From positions 320,001 to 384,000 of the forward strand of contig VMGC01000001.1 of the NCBI GenBank assembly GCA_007376385.1: a stretch of 64,000 nucleotides of DNA, in the 5' to 3' direction. This DNA comes from Parcubacteria group bacterium Gr01-1014_8. Lineage in GTDB: Bacteria; Patescibacteriota; Minisyncoccia; Phycocordibacterales; UBA2100. Shown piece by piece: positions 29,501 through 35,925 of this stretch. The notes below the pieces were generated by a model. It worked only from the letters and a program-made list of their open reading frames with translations. It ran no database searches and was not told the origin of the DNA. The first letter of the stretch is position 1; each line of letters begins with the position of its first letter. Both the position numbers and the translations under genes were made by a program.

Positions 29501-32500
29501 GACTGATCTAGCAACGTCGTCGCTTGCGGTAAATTTCTCCGACCTCATTGGTTCAGCGACAGATGCACAGGTTACGAATGCGCTCACAATTTCCGGCGGC
29601 GTGATTTCGGGGACGAACACGGTGTCGGGTACGTGGAATACGACAAACACGCTTACCATCGGGAACGGCGGCGACCGCATCGACGTCAATTCGAGCGGAT
29701 GGGATGTGACGGACAGCGTGATTTCAGGCGCAACCTATCAAGGCAACACGATTGGCACCACCTACGGAGGCACAAATGCGACAGGTTTCAGCAGCCATGC
29801 GCTTCTTGCATTTAACGGTACGAGCATCGTCGCAACGTCTACTATCGGCTTTCAGTCATTTAATGCGACATCAACCACTGCGACGTCGACCATTGCTGGC
29901 GGCCTTGCAGTCGAGACCTCCGGCCTCGTGTACGACTACTCGACCAACCGCGTCGGCATTGGGACGGCGAGCCCTTCCAACAAATTACATATTGCATCAT
30001 CCGCGAATGACTCAACGCTTTTCATACAGCAAACGTCTGGCACACAGCGAGCTGATATCCGGATCGACAACGACGGCGGCTATATGCTTATCGGCCGCGA
30101 AAACAGTGCTGGCGGATCACTTGCGGTCGGTTCGACCGGCTATTTTGGCGTCATGAATGTCAACAATGCCTACGGTCTGCAATTTGGTACCAACAACACC
30201 GTCCGAGCGACGATCGACTCCTCCGGCAACGTCGGCATCGGGACGACGAGTCCAGCGACTTCGCTTTCAGTATCGGGAAGCGGGTACCTCACTGGCGCGC
30301 TTGGCGTAGGCGCGGTCGCGACGGGCTTCACCAACCTTCTCGTCAATGACAACTCAAACACTGCGCACAATAACGATGAGGGTATTGTTGTGAAAAATAC
30401 AAACACTGGCAGTTCTGCCGGCGCTAGCATCAATCTTCGAAACGACGGCACATATCATGGATTCATGCAGATGAATTCTGGGGCAAACACATCATTGGCG
30501 GGAGCAAATAGTTTCAACATCGGTGCTGAGCACAACATTAATTTCGGATTCATCACCAATGATGCGCTTCAGATGACATTGAATACCACCGGTCTCGGCA
30601 TCGGGAACACCTCCCCCTCCTACAAACTCGATGTCGCGGGGTTCATCAACACCGACCAATTCTCCGGCTACAAGCAGGCGGGGAATACTATACTGTATGC
30701 GTCGAGCACGAATGCCACGGTATTTGGTGGACAAGGCGCAGGAAGCGCGATGCAAACGTCTGGAACCGGTGCGTACAACACCGCGTTTGGGTACGGTGCC
30801 CTTACTACAGCGACATCGTCTAGTAGAAGCACTGCAATTGGATTTAATGCACTCGCCAACCAAGCGAACAGTAACGGCAACGACGCACGCAACACGGCCG
30901 TCGGTTCCGACTCTTTGGCGGCAACTACGTACGGCTACTACAACGTCGGCGTCGGCGCCTCGGCGCTCACCGCCAACACGACAGGCGCTTTCAACGTGGC
31001 ACTTGGTGTCGGGGCTTTGCAGACGGCAACATCCACGAACAACGTGACTGCCATCGGCTACAACGCGCTCGGCGCTATGATTTGTTGCGGCCCGGCAGGG
31101 ACGACGCCGGCAAATGTCGTGGTAGGCCACCAAGTCGCTCGTCAAGCGACGACTGCCTACGGTATTACAGGAATCGGGTATGGCGCCTTGGATTCGCTCA
31201 CGACCGGACACGACATCGTGGCACTTGGATCGCAGGCAGGGCATATGGTCACGACTGGCACTAACAGTATATTCCTTGGCGATCTCTCCGGCTTCAAAGA
31301 CAGTGCCGGTGCGAACACCGCCATCACGGGCGACAACAATATCATCATCGGCAATAACCAGCTCATGATCCCGAACGCCGCCGGCTCCAATCAACTCAAC
31401 ATCGGCAACCTCATCTTCGGCACCAGCCTCTCAACCGGCGCGACAGTTTCGACCGGCAACGTCGGCATTGGGACGACGAGCCCACGTTCGATTCTCCACG
31501 CTGTGGCCGGTGCTTCGGGAGTTTTGCCCAACGCAGGCACGACCTTCACTATGGAGAGCAACACGGCCAACTACTTGAGCATGCTCACAGCGAGCAACGC
31601 CGCAAACGGAATTCTCTTTGGTACGCCGACGAGCGCAATCGATGCCGGCATTCTCTACAACAGCAACGGTTCGGCACGAGATTTGCAGTTCCGCACCGGC
31701 GTCAACAACACGCGGATGACGATTGATTCTACCGGCAACGTCGGCATCGGGACGACGACGCCGTTTCGCAAACTTTCTATCACGGATGCAGTATCGACCG
31801 CACAGCAAGCGATCGCGTACGACTCGACGCGCTGGACTGACCTCCTTACAGACTCTGTTGGGGATCTCACCATCAATCCGCAAGGCGACGATGTGTTCTT
31901 GAATGCGGACAATCTTTGGGTGTGTACCGGCGGCTCGTGTCCGAGCGGGACGCCAGCAGGGACGGGTAATTTGATCGTTGAAACGAAATTGGGCGTGGCC
32001 AGTTCGACACCGTTCGCGACGCTCGGTGTGAAGGGTTCTGCTGCATCGACGGCATATACGTTCATGACAACCAACAGTTCCGATTCTCCGACGTTCAACA
32101 TCCAAGATAACGGCAATGTGGGTATTGGTACCACGACGCCCACGAAACAATTTTCCATCTCGAGTCTCCTCTATGTCGGTGCAGGCGGTGCAACAGGAAT
32201 GGGAACAGCGACATCGACTTTCCAAGGTGACATCAAGATAATTGGTAAACTTGATGTCGGTACGATTGACCCGGTCTATACAATAGACGGCACGAAGTAT
32301 GCGACGTATGGTCATTCAACCGTTGGTATCAAAGAAGAGGTAACGGCAAAACTGGCAGTCAACGAGTATGACGAAGCTCGAGATTTGTATCGAACAACAA
32401 TTCGTTTCGATGAGTTGGAAAAGGGAAGCGACCTTTGGCTTTTCTATGAGATCACTCGATTCGGACTTGAATGGGAGCATCTCGTCGTGAACTTGACGCC

Positions 32501-32753
32501 GGCATTCGACGGCCGCGTGTTCTACGAAGAAGATATCGTCGAGAACTCTCTGACAATATACGCCGACAAGTCCGGCTTTGTTTCTGCGCGGCTCATCGCG
32601 GACAGATTCGACGCAGAAACGTGGCCGAACATTCGTCCTGACCAGGACGGAAATACCGAAGGCACGCACAATATAACTTCGAAATTGCCGGGAGGGGTGC
32701 TCCGAGCGGCAGCTACAGCAACCGAAGCCGTCTCATCGTGGTTCAATGAATAA
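20598..32753 (+). CDS. Giant (4051 aa) repetitive Gly/Thr/Ser/Ala/Asn-rich surface fibre protein. N-terminal cytoplasmic HTH_17-like motif and one TM helix (N-in), then about 3880 aa of extracellular beta-rich repeats
   Basis: Single uninterrupted 12,156-nt ORF. N-terminus YISAQEAATSLGFSRDYIARLARIGKVKGRQIGKNWYV. TM helix LTALITAFVLTFGAYAFV at about aa 163-182. GNVGIGTTSP-x-x-KL recurs more than 10 times. The module DVAAMTENYGDLL-WNG--W-DLATSSLGI-ISDT-GTLA--RGGTG occurs 4 times. NTA-G--AL / NTTG beta-roll-like repeats. Two segments have near-identical DNA (about 27340 and about 30604; NTSPSYKLDVAGFINTDQFSGYKQ). Confidence 0.8.
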   Translation: MSDEIFFDGVRYISAQEAATSLGFSRDYIARLARIGKVKGRQIGKNWYVEFRSVQTFVLEQEYLQGKRRKELAEKRVFEYRKQVGSTDERSSDIVAPVIFADAVSVSAKQNKRHAAIKAMLARAMSRRADLKVLAHANRVHTPSFFSVTPAVEFLHKLTALITAFVLTFGAYAFVNADYAHFALDSIRSASRSVVAVPKLVWGGDAARWGSDTGAQLAAVALQTAQSANQAESSITSFMSSAARNFNLHVNDLLYGVIYPNIPGMGSFAFSSARGRVDIQIVPYRSDAPAARSAPAPLIRTAVSAPTTVINQPIVERIRETKSVVTLGGISEELLASKLLELDTKLSSRMLSLTSSNATSITQVYNTVGQMGRIEHLDDLDLTNPTITRGTLTNVRISSLSAPLTISDGGTGTSSAPTYGKVLLGNSSGAYDLVATSSLGVGGTPGGSSTQVQFNDSGAFGADSTFTFNSTSNLLSFSSASSSLQSIFDRLYVGGTATTTIFGSATSTFGAGIETTALNVTSNSASSTFANGISLSAGCFRDASGACLQSATFAYLFPSDATTTKLTFSGGLISLASTTIGNGTQAGGLTISGGATTTGNLLVQGNATTTNLAVSGTASSSALVASNSFTFSNITGFLKATAGVVATAAINLASDITGILPAGNGGTGWGNIAANTIVLGNGTGAIATTSAGTNGQMLALVSGVPTWTATTTFSAPLVFFAGNVSIAASNGSTDGYLTSADWTLFNNKVSSSSLSTFTAAFKDWNITTNTFGQSSLAPTTTQNIAVTGVGTSTFAGGLEAWRQIGAPYFNATSSSATSTFAGGLNVLAINQTGSATSTFANGLQLSNGCIRLPSGSCLASVANSSIDDLSDVTITAAAYGDLLMHNGTAWVDTATSSLGIFISDTVGTLAVGRGGTGLSSTPTYGQLLVGNASSGYTLSATSTLGIALSDTIGTLAATRGGTGLSSITNNQLLLGGAGNTVTQIATSSLNLLTTDIIEGSRLFYTDNRVDTYIHGSTTIPKTYTANTFTGANTFNSTFTLGTLNGPLHANAGVVGATTSVLAIYGGTGQTSYSTGDILYASGAAALSKLGIGGAGEVLKISGGVPTWGTDLTSGGGADGTWSTTTSQVSGTLINYPNNASDIVAIGSTATTSAEYWFDPNTTIAYLSGKVGISTTSPYSKLTLWGSASLFEAVNTSSTTIFSIGQSGATTTNLGISGIASSLLKTTSTGGVVAAIPDTDYLNTASSIELLGDVAAMTENYGDLLYWNGSAWADLATSSLGIAISDTTGTLAVARGGTGQTTFSSSQLLYGNGTNALSSVATSSLSAGTGVTFSGTAGSLVGGTALTINTPWTISGNNIYNNNIANAAIGTSTPYATTTIWGNTASKIFEVVANASSTVFSVAQSGATTTNLGITGVTNSLLKTTSTGGVVAAVAGTDYATLSQTFGKAWEIDGNGFTGFLAPTTTQKVWIGQASSTLLSVNGPAYFGSTATSSFSTAGVLTLATDLAVTEGGTGASTLTGLLQGNGTSAFTAITDSSTVGQILRVTGASTYAWGALNLADTDAITGTLPISNGGTNNTTYSTNALLYFDGTSITATSTRPLYVGAINATTTATSTFAGGISVLNFAQTGTATSTLANGLTLTGGCVMVNGNCISPVGNSSIEDLNDVAAMTENYGDLLGWNGSTWTDFATTSLFTGSNGQMLAYANGGWTGVATTTAGTGLTYTGSAFNVDLGTSISAAEIADGDHGDFTYTSGVAAIDANAVTLGTDTTGNYVATLADSGGGTLTISNSGSETAAVTASLNLGNANIWTGKQNFFGSASSTLFSANWLKVGQTASTTFDSAGNATIGGTLNVTGQTTLATSLTGLLKATAGVVSSATEGTDYLSNALRDWSVQGNGYLAPTTTRGIIVVASSTIGAGGQATGLTISGGATTTGNAYFAGNVGVGTAAPSQKLQVVNGAIDINTDDQFLYFGSGDAGIRESGANLKFETYTGAALTEKMRITGAGNVGIGTTTPATLLSIAGTSGLFASTTATSTFQGGGINLLTAAGNTGCFAVNGTCLSNTASGIVGSGTTGQFPYYAANGTTLTATSTLFVSTASNVGIGATSPAAKLDVEGSGAVLTDIMVGNSQANANFGISAAGVPHLWTNNASWPLVLGVGGAEKMRVHTDGNVGIGAGATGPGALLTVDSGAASLTDILVGNSQANANFGISAAGVAHLWSNNSSWPLAFGIGAAENMRIHTNGNVGLGNTSPSYKLDVAGFINTDQFSGYKQNGTTILYSSSTLATMFGGYQAGNGQVQSGTGLYNTAFGYQALLSATSSSRSTAVGFSALASQANANGNDARNTAVGSQALGGTTYGYYNTAVGSDALAANTTGYFNSAFGQGALTGNTTGRDNIAIGYNSVSQSTAALENIGIGNSSLSGASLTGADNIAIGRQAGSAMSSGSYNILIGQYLYNSGTVFTGSNNIIIGRDIGSTASPLVSTTTSNALNIGNLIFATSLGTADTLSTGNVGIGTAAPNYQLSNNSASNNLDSGSTGLSTASSFNWANNGSGYGAGLYNASANSDANGLLVKIRGTASTNKILSLDTGTTQAGAGTNVLTVLGSGNVGIGTTSPRSALYFQANSSDPSLTSWTGIGTMRASTGVELAMGADDTTPFGAWLQTKDSTNGGTSYPLLLNPLGGNVGIGTTTPQTALHVNGILAATPSYGFYWYNGATFKGALKHNSSNDNLEIYTASDGSTPRLTVQSSSGNVGIGTTSPVSILAVAGANPVLTLNQTSSGNVSGLKITNGVNTLGTFTVAIDTGEVRIGGTSSGGYYDTFYADGSERMRITAAGNVGIGTTTPQWLLNPTSASASQLALSAGAGIAQWTFRNAGGNLYLSTTTVAGTATTSISALEIAGGGLGTTTVRGLNISAGATSTSNVGFSLTSGCFATPAGCISGVGDSSIEALNDVAAMTKNFGDLLYWNGTTWTDLATSSLAVNFSDLIGSATDAQVTNALTISGGVISGTNTVSGTWNTTNTLTIGNGGDRIDVNSSGWDVTDSVISGATYQGNTIGTTYGGTNATGFSSHALLAFNGTSIVATSTIGFQSFNATSTTATSTIAGGLAVETSGLVYDYSTNRVGIGTASPSNKLHIASSANDSTLFIQQTSGTQRADIRIDNDGGYMLIGRENSAGGSLAVGSTGYFGVMNVNNAYGLQFGTNNTVRATIDSSGNVGIGTTSPATSLSVSGSGYLTGALGVGAVATGFTNLLVNDNSNTAHNNDEGIVVKNTNTGSSAGASINLRNDGTYHGFMQMNSGANTSLAGANSFNIGAEHNINFGFITNDALQMTLNTTGLGIGNTSPSYKLDVAGFINTDQFSGYKQAGNTILYASSTNATVFGGQGAGSAMQTSGTGAYNTAFGYGALTTATSSSRSTAIGFNALANQANSNGNDARNTAVGSDSLAATTYGYYNVGVGASALTANTTGAFNVALGVGALQTATSTNNVTAIGYNALGAMICCGPAGTTPANVVVGHQVARQATTAYGITGIGYGALDSLTTGHDIVALGSQAGHMVTTGTNSIFLGDLSGFKDSAGANTAITGDNNIIIGNNQLMIPNAAGSNQLNIGNLIFGTSLSTGATVSTGNVGIGTTSPRSILHAVAGASGVLPNAGTTFTMESNTANYLSMLTASNAANGILFGTPTSAIDAGILYNSNGSARDLQFRTGVNNTRMTIDSTGNVGIGTTTPFRKLSITDAVSTAQQAIAYDSTRWTDLLTDSVGDLTINPQGDDVFLNADNLWVCTGGSCPSGTPAGTGNLIVETKLGVASSTPFATLGVKGSAASTAYTFMTTNSSDSPTFNIQDNGNVGIGTTTPTKQFSISSLLYVGAGGATGMGTATSTFQGDIKIIGKLDVGTIDPVYTIDGTKYATYGHSTVGIKEEVTAKLAVNEYDEARDLYRTTIRFDELEKGSDLWLFYEITRFGLEWEHLVVNLTPAFDGRVFYEEDIVENSLTIYADKSGFVSARLIADRFDAETWPNIRPDQDGNTEGTHNITSKLPGGVLRAAATATEAVSSWFNE

Positions 32754-32818
32754 TTATGGTGAAAAATATGTTGTTTGGGATACTCGGAAATCGTGCGCTG
32801 ACTCCGGCCGAGGTGAAG

Positions 32819-32861
32819 CATCTCAAGGTCATATCGAGGTCGATATCAAGGTCGGACCTCG
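32819..32861 (+). repeat. REP-like repeat cluster, left flank of transposase-like gene
   Basis: atctcaaggtcatatcgaggtcgatatcaaggtcggacctcg: tandem atatc-a/gagg-tcg units with the hairpin cgaggtc/gacctcg. Confidence 0.55.
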
Positions 32862-32874
32862 ATACGCTTGTGTG

Positions 32875-33561
32875 TCACGGTGCCGCCGATTCCACGCGGA
32901 AGTCGAGCCATTCCGAGACCTGCGATTTAAAGTCGAGAGGCGAATCAAAGTACTCCGACAGCGCTGCGGCGTTCACGATGCGGCTCTCCAGACGTTTCTC
33001 ACGAGTGTAATCGTGAAAGCTCGACCAACGGTATCCGTCGAGGAATTTTTCCGCCGCGCGCCGGTTTGCGATGCCGGTTTCTTTCCAAGTCGGCTCGATG
33101 AGCTTGACGGGGTTCAGATGGATATACGAAACGAGGTATTTGAAGTATCGGTCGTCTGCCACGTGCGTCGCCTTATATTTCCCCTGAAAAAGGACGCCGC
33201 TTCGTTTTTGGCGGGTGTTAAAATACATCGTATACCCGGTTTGGAGCTTCTGCATGAATCGGGAAATACCGCCGTTCCTAATCTCACGAAGCATGAGGTG
33301 GAAGTGATTCGGCATGAGGCAGTGCGCGCATATGTCCACGAGCGGTTTTCCCCGATCAAGCGAGAGAAGATGGGGAAGAGAGGTCTGGATTTCGTTGCTG
33401 ATGTGCACGGTGTTCTCGCCGTTTGCAAGAAACAAAAGCGCGAGAAAGCGCTTATGGTCGGGTACAGAGGTAAAGATTTTCCGTTTTTCAGTGCCGCGGT
33501 TGTAGACATGATACGTCTCATCGACAGTAAACGGTATGCGTCTCATCTTCTGTATTTTCAC
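32875..33561 (-). CDS. IS200/IS605-family Y1 (HUH) transposase-like protein, RAYT-like
   Basis: ETYHVYNRGTEKRKIF; HUH in CLMPNHFHLML; FMQKLQTGYTMYFN; LFQGKYKATHV (Tyr); YIHLNP. Flanked on both sides by similar ~40-nt REP-like repeats in direct orientation. Confidence 0.75.
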   Translation of the reverse strand: MKIQKMRRIPFTVDETYHVYNRGTEKRKIFTSVPDHKRFLALLFLANGENTVHISNEIQTSLPHLLSLDRGKPLVDICAHCLMPNHFHLMLREIRNGGISRFMQKLQTGYTMYFNTRQKRSGVLFQGKYKATHVADDRYFKYLVSYIHLNPVKLIEPTWKETGIANRRAAEKFLDGYRWSSFHDYTREKRLESRIVNAAALSEYFDSPLDFKSQVSEWLDFRVESAAP

Positions 33562-33572
33562 TCGCGGTGCCT

Positions 33573-33693
33573 AAATATCAAGGCCCATATCAAGGCCCGA
33601 CCTCGATGGCGACGATGGCGATGGGAATGGAGATACTGTTGCCGACCGGCAGCAATATCTCAAATATCAAGGTCATATCAAGGTCGGACCTCG
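33573..33693 (+). repeat. REP-like repeat clusters, right flank of transposase-like gene
   Basis: aaatatcaaggcccatatcaaggcccgacctcgatgg (33573-33608) and atatctcaaatatcaaggtcatatcaaggtcggacctcgg (33655-33693) are near-copies of the left-flank repeat. Confidence 0.55.
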
Positions 33694-33703
33694 GGGGTGG
33701 TGG

Positions 33704-33961
33704 TTGCGCCTCGCCGCGAGGCGCTACGACACAGAAAAGTGGCCAAATCTACGGCCGGATCAAGACGGCTATACAACGGGCACGCATGTAATTAGTTCGA
33801 AGCCAAAGGCAGGCGAGCAGGCGAGGGATGAGAGCAAAGTGTCGCATGTATCGGCTGTAGTAACTGCGACCAGCGCTATCGCGCAGATCTCGTCATTCGC
33901 GACAAGTACCATTGAATTTGCGACCAGCACATTCTTCAAACTGCTAGCATGGTTTCAGTAA
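33704..33961 (+). pseudogene. Orphan 3' fragment paralogous to the C-terminus of the giant protein
   Basis: Encodes RYDTEKWPNLRPDQDGYTTGTHVISSKPK...TATSAIAQISSF, compared with the giant end RFDAETWPNIRPDQDGNTEGTHNITSKLP...AATATEAVSSWF. DNA identity is about 70%, so it is an old paralog rather than a fresh duplication. It begins inside REP-derived sequence. Confidence 0.4.
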
Positions 33962-34040
33962 ACGATATTTAAAGTTCAAGATGATTTAAAAAATGAAAAG
34001 TCCAAAACAGAGACAGAGATGCAATTCATGAGTATACTTA

Positions 34041-34604
34041 TTGACAATGCGTAAGCGAGATTTCTTCTACATCGCACTTCTCTGCTTTCTGCCTGCAGCT
34101 GCCTTCGCGGTGACCATGACCGTAAACACTGTCGTGACGGGCAATGTAAGTGTAGTCGGAGCGCTCTCGAAGGGTTCCGGTACGTTCATGATTGATCACC
34201 CGCTTGACCCGAAAAATTCGCTCCTGTACCATTCGTTCCTCGAATCTCCTGACGTCAAGAACATCTACGACGGTGTCGCGAATCTCGACAAGAACGGAGA
34301 GGCCACGATCGCGTTACCAGGTTATTTTCTTGCACTCAACAAGGATTTCAGGTATCTCGCGACATCAATGAGCGGGCCTATGCCGAATCTGCATCTCATG
34401 CGCGGAGTTCGGAGAGAGTGGTTTGTAGGCGACCCTACATTCAGGATAGCTGGGGGCGTACCGGGCGGCACTATCTCCTGGCAGGTAACGGGTATACGCA
34501 AGGATCCTCTCATTGTCGCGAATCCTATTATAGTCGAAGTTGAAAAGGGTGCTGAAGCACTGATATTAAAGGGGGAGTGTCTCTTTGAACTCCTTTGCAG
34601 ATGA
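34041..34604 (+). CDS. Secreted protein, paralog 1 of 3 sharing an unrecognised ~140-aa C-terminal domain
   Basis: Signal peptide MTMRKRDFFYIALLCFLPAAAFA, then GSGTFMIDHPLDPKNSLLYHSFLESPDVKNIYDG...ISWQVTGIRKDP...ANPIIVEV...CLFELLC. Confidence 0.6.
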   Translation: MTMRKRDFFYIALLCFLPAAAFAVTMTVNTVVTGNVSVVGALSKGSGTFMIDHPLDPKNSLLYHSFLESPDVKNIYDGVANLDKNGEATIALPGYFLALNKDFRYLATSMSGPMPNLHLMRGVRREWFVGDPTFRIAGGVPGGTISWQVTGIRKDPLIVANPIIVEVEKGAEALILKGECLFELLCR

Positions 34605-35925
34605 ACATATAATTATCATGCACACAAAACTTTCGACATATTCGTTGTTTTGGTGGGCTCTTGCACTCATCGTCGGCATTTCTTTTTTGCTTGCGCTTCT
34701 CTTTCCTGTAGAGAGATTGTCAGCCGCGCCCACGGTAAAAATCTATCTTGATTCAGGAACATCATTCGTCATCCCCGGAGATTGGAACTCTTCAAACAAT
34801 TCTATCGAAGTTATCGGCGGCGGCGGCGGCGGCGGTACTCCAAGCGCTCTTTGTAGCGCCGGAGGAGGAGGCGGCGCATATTCAAAAGCCGCGAACGTCT
34901 CGCTTACGGCCGGTGCGTCGGTTACCTACGCTATTGGTGATCGCGGTATCGAACAGACGGCAGGGGGTGATACGTATTTTTGTAATTCGACGTTGAACTG
35001 CGCTTCCATTTCTGGTACTGCCGTGCAGGCAGGTGCGAAGGGCGGAAATGGCGCCAGCGGTGGCACTGGAGGATCTGGCGGTGCATCCGCAAGCGGCGTT
35101 GGAAGCACCAAATTTAGTGGGGGAAATGGCGCCGGAACTGGAAGCAGCACTGGCGGCGGCGGCGGAGGTGCTGCTGGACTAAATGGTGCAGGTAATAACG
35201 GCTCGGGAACAACTGGCGGTAGTGGCGATGCTGGAAACGGCGGTGCAGGTGGGACCGCAAATAATCCCGGTGGTGCGGGTACCGAATACGATTCTGTACA
35301 CGGTTCCGGCGGAGGCGGTGGCGGAGCAACGGGCGCGGGCGGTGGCGCAGCGGGAGGGAATTTTGGGGGCGCCGGCGGCGGCGGATGCGCATCTGGAGGC
35401 ATCGGTAAACGAGGGATGATTGTTCTTACGTACGTTTCGTCTGCGACTCTTACACTTTCCGGAAATGTTAAATTCGCCGGCAATTTAACCATCACTAGTA
35501 CTTTAGCAAAAAGCTCCGGCACATTTGTGATTGACCATCCGCTCACGCCGCGCACGCATCTTTTGTACCACTCATTTGTTGAATCACCGGAAGTGAAGAA
35601 TCTCTACGACGGTATTGCAAAACTTGACGCGCAGGGCGAGGTAGCAATCGAGCTTCCCGATTATTTTGAAGCACTGAACAAAGATTTCCGCTATCAATTC
35701 TTTCCTCACTTCGAAGCGATGCCTGGTCTCTATGTGAAGCAAGAAGTGAAGGACAACTCATTCATCATAGCTGGAGGAAAGCCGGGCGGAGAAATATCGT
35801 GGCAAGTCACGGGTATCCGCCACGATGCGTTTATTCTCGCAAATCCGATTATCGTTGAGGTCCCGAAAACAAACTCGACTGTCGTGCCGAGGGGTATGTG
35901 TCTGTTTGAGCCGTTATGCAAATGA
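34585..35925 (+). CDS. Secreted Gly-rich protein, paralog 2 of 3 (same C-terminal domain)
   Basis: N-terminal TM/signal. About 230 aa of extreme Gly-rich low complexity (VIGGGGGGGTPS...GGGGGGAAGLNGAGNNGSG...). The C-terminus SSGTFVIDHPLTPRTHLLYHSFVESPEVKNLYDG...ISWQVTGIRHDA...CLFEPLC is shared with the neighbours. Confidence 0.6.
   Translation: MNSFADEHIIIMHTKLSTYSLFWWALALIVGISFLLALLFPVERLSAAPTVKIYLDSGTSFVIPGDWNSSNNSIEVIGGGGGGGTPSALCSAGGGGGAYSKAANVSLTAGASVTYAIGDRGIEQTAGGDTYFCNSTLNCASISGTAVQAGAKGGNGASGGTGGSGGASASGVGSTKFSGGNGAGTGSSTGGGGGGAAGLNGAGNNGSGTTGGSGDAGNGGAGGTANNPGGAGTEYDSVHGSGGGGGGATGAGGGAAGGNFGGAGGGGCASGGIGKRGMIVLTYVSSATLTLSGNVKFAGNLTITSTLAKSSGTFVIDHPLTPRTHLLYHSFVESPEVKNLYDGIAKLDAQGEVAIELPDYFEALNKDFRYQFFPHFEAMPGLYVKQEVKDNSFIIAGGKPGGEISWQVTGIRHDAFILANPIIVEVPKTNSTVVPRGMCLFEPLCK

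Noticed and set aside
20767-32315. Dozens of 60-420-aa ORFs on both strands inside the giant gene (e.g. 21530..22795 -, 30492..31394 -, 31431..32315 -)
   Set aside because: Antisense or out-of-frame ORFs in GC-rich repetitive DNA. They are Pro/Arg/Ala-rich low complexity and fully contained in a 12-kb ORF with coherent protein-like repeats.
32746-33795. 349-aa plus-strand ORF overlapping the IS200-like gene
   Set aside because: Antisense to a well-supported Y1-transposase ORF with conserved motifs. It is Arg/Cys-rich and reads through the REP-like repeats.
35100-35420. ORFs antisense to the Gly-rich gene (e.g. 34926..35555 -, 35114..35392 -)
   Set aside because: Reverse complement of GGN-rich coding sequence gives Pro/Ala-rich pseudo-ORFs. 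The sense gene has a signal peptide and a C-terminal domain conserved with its neighbours.
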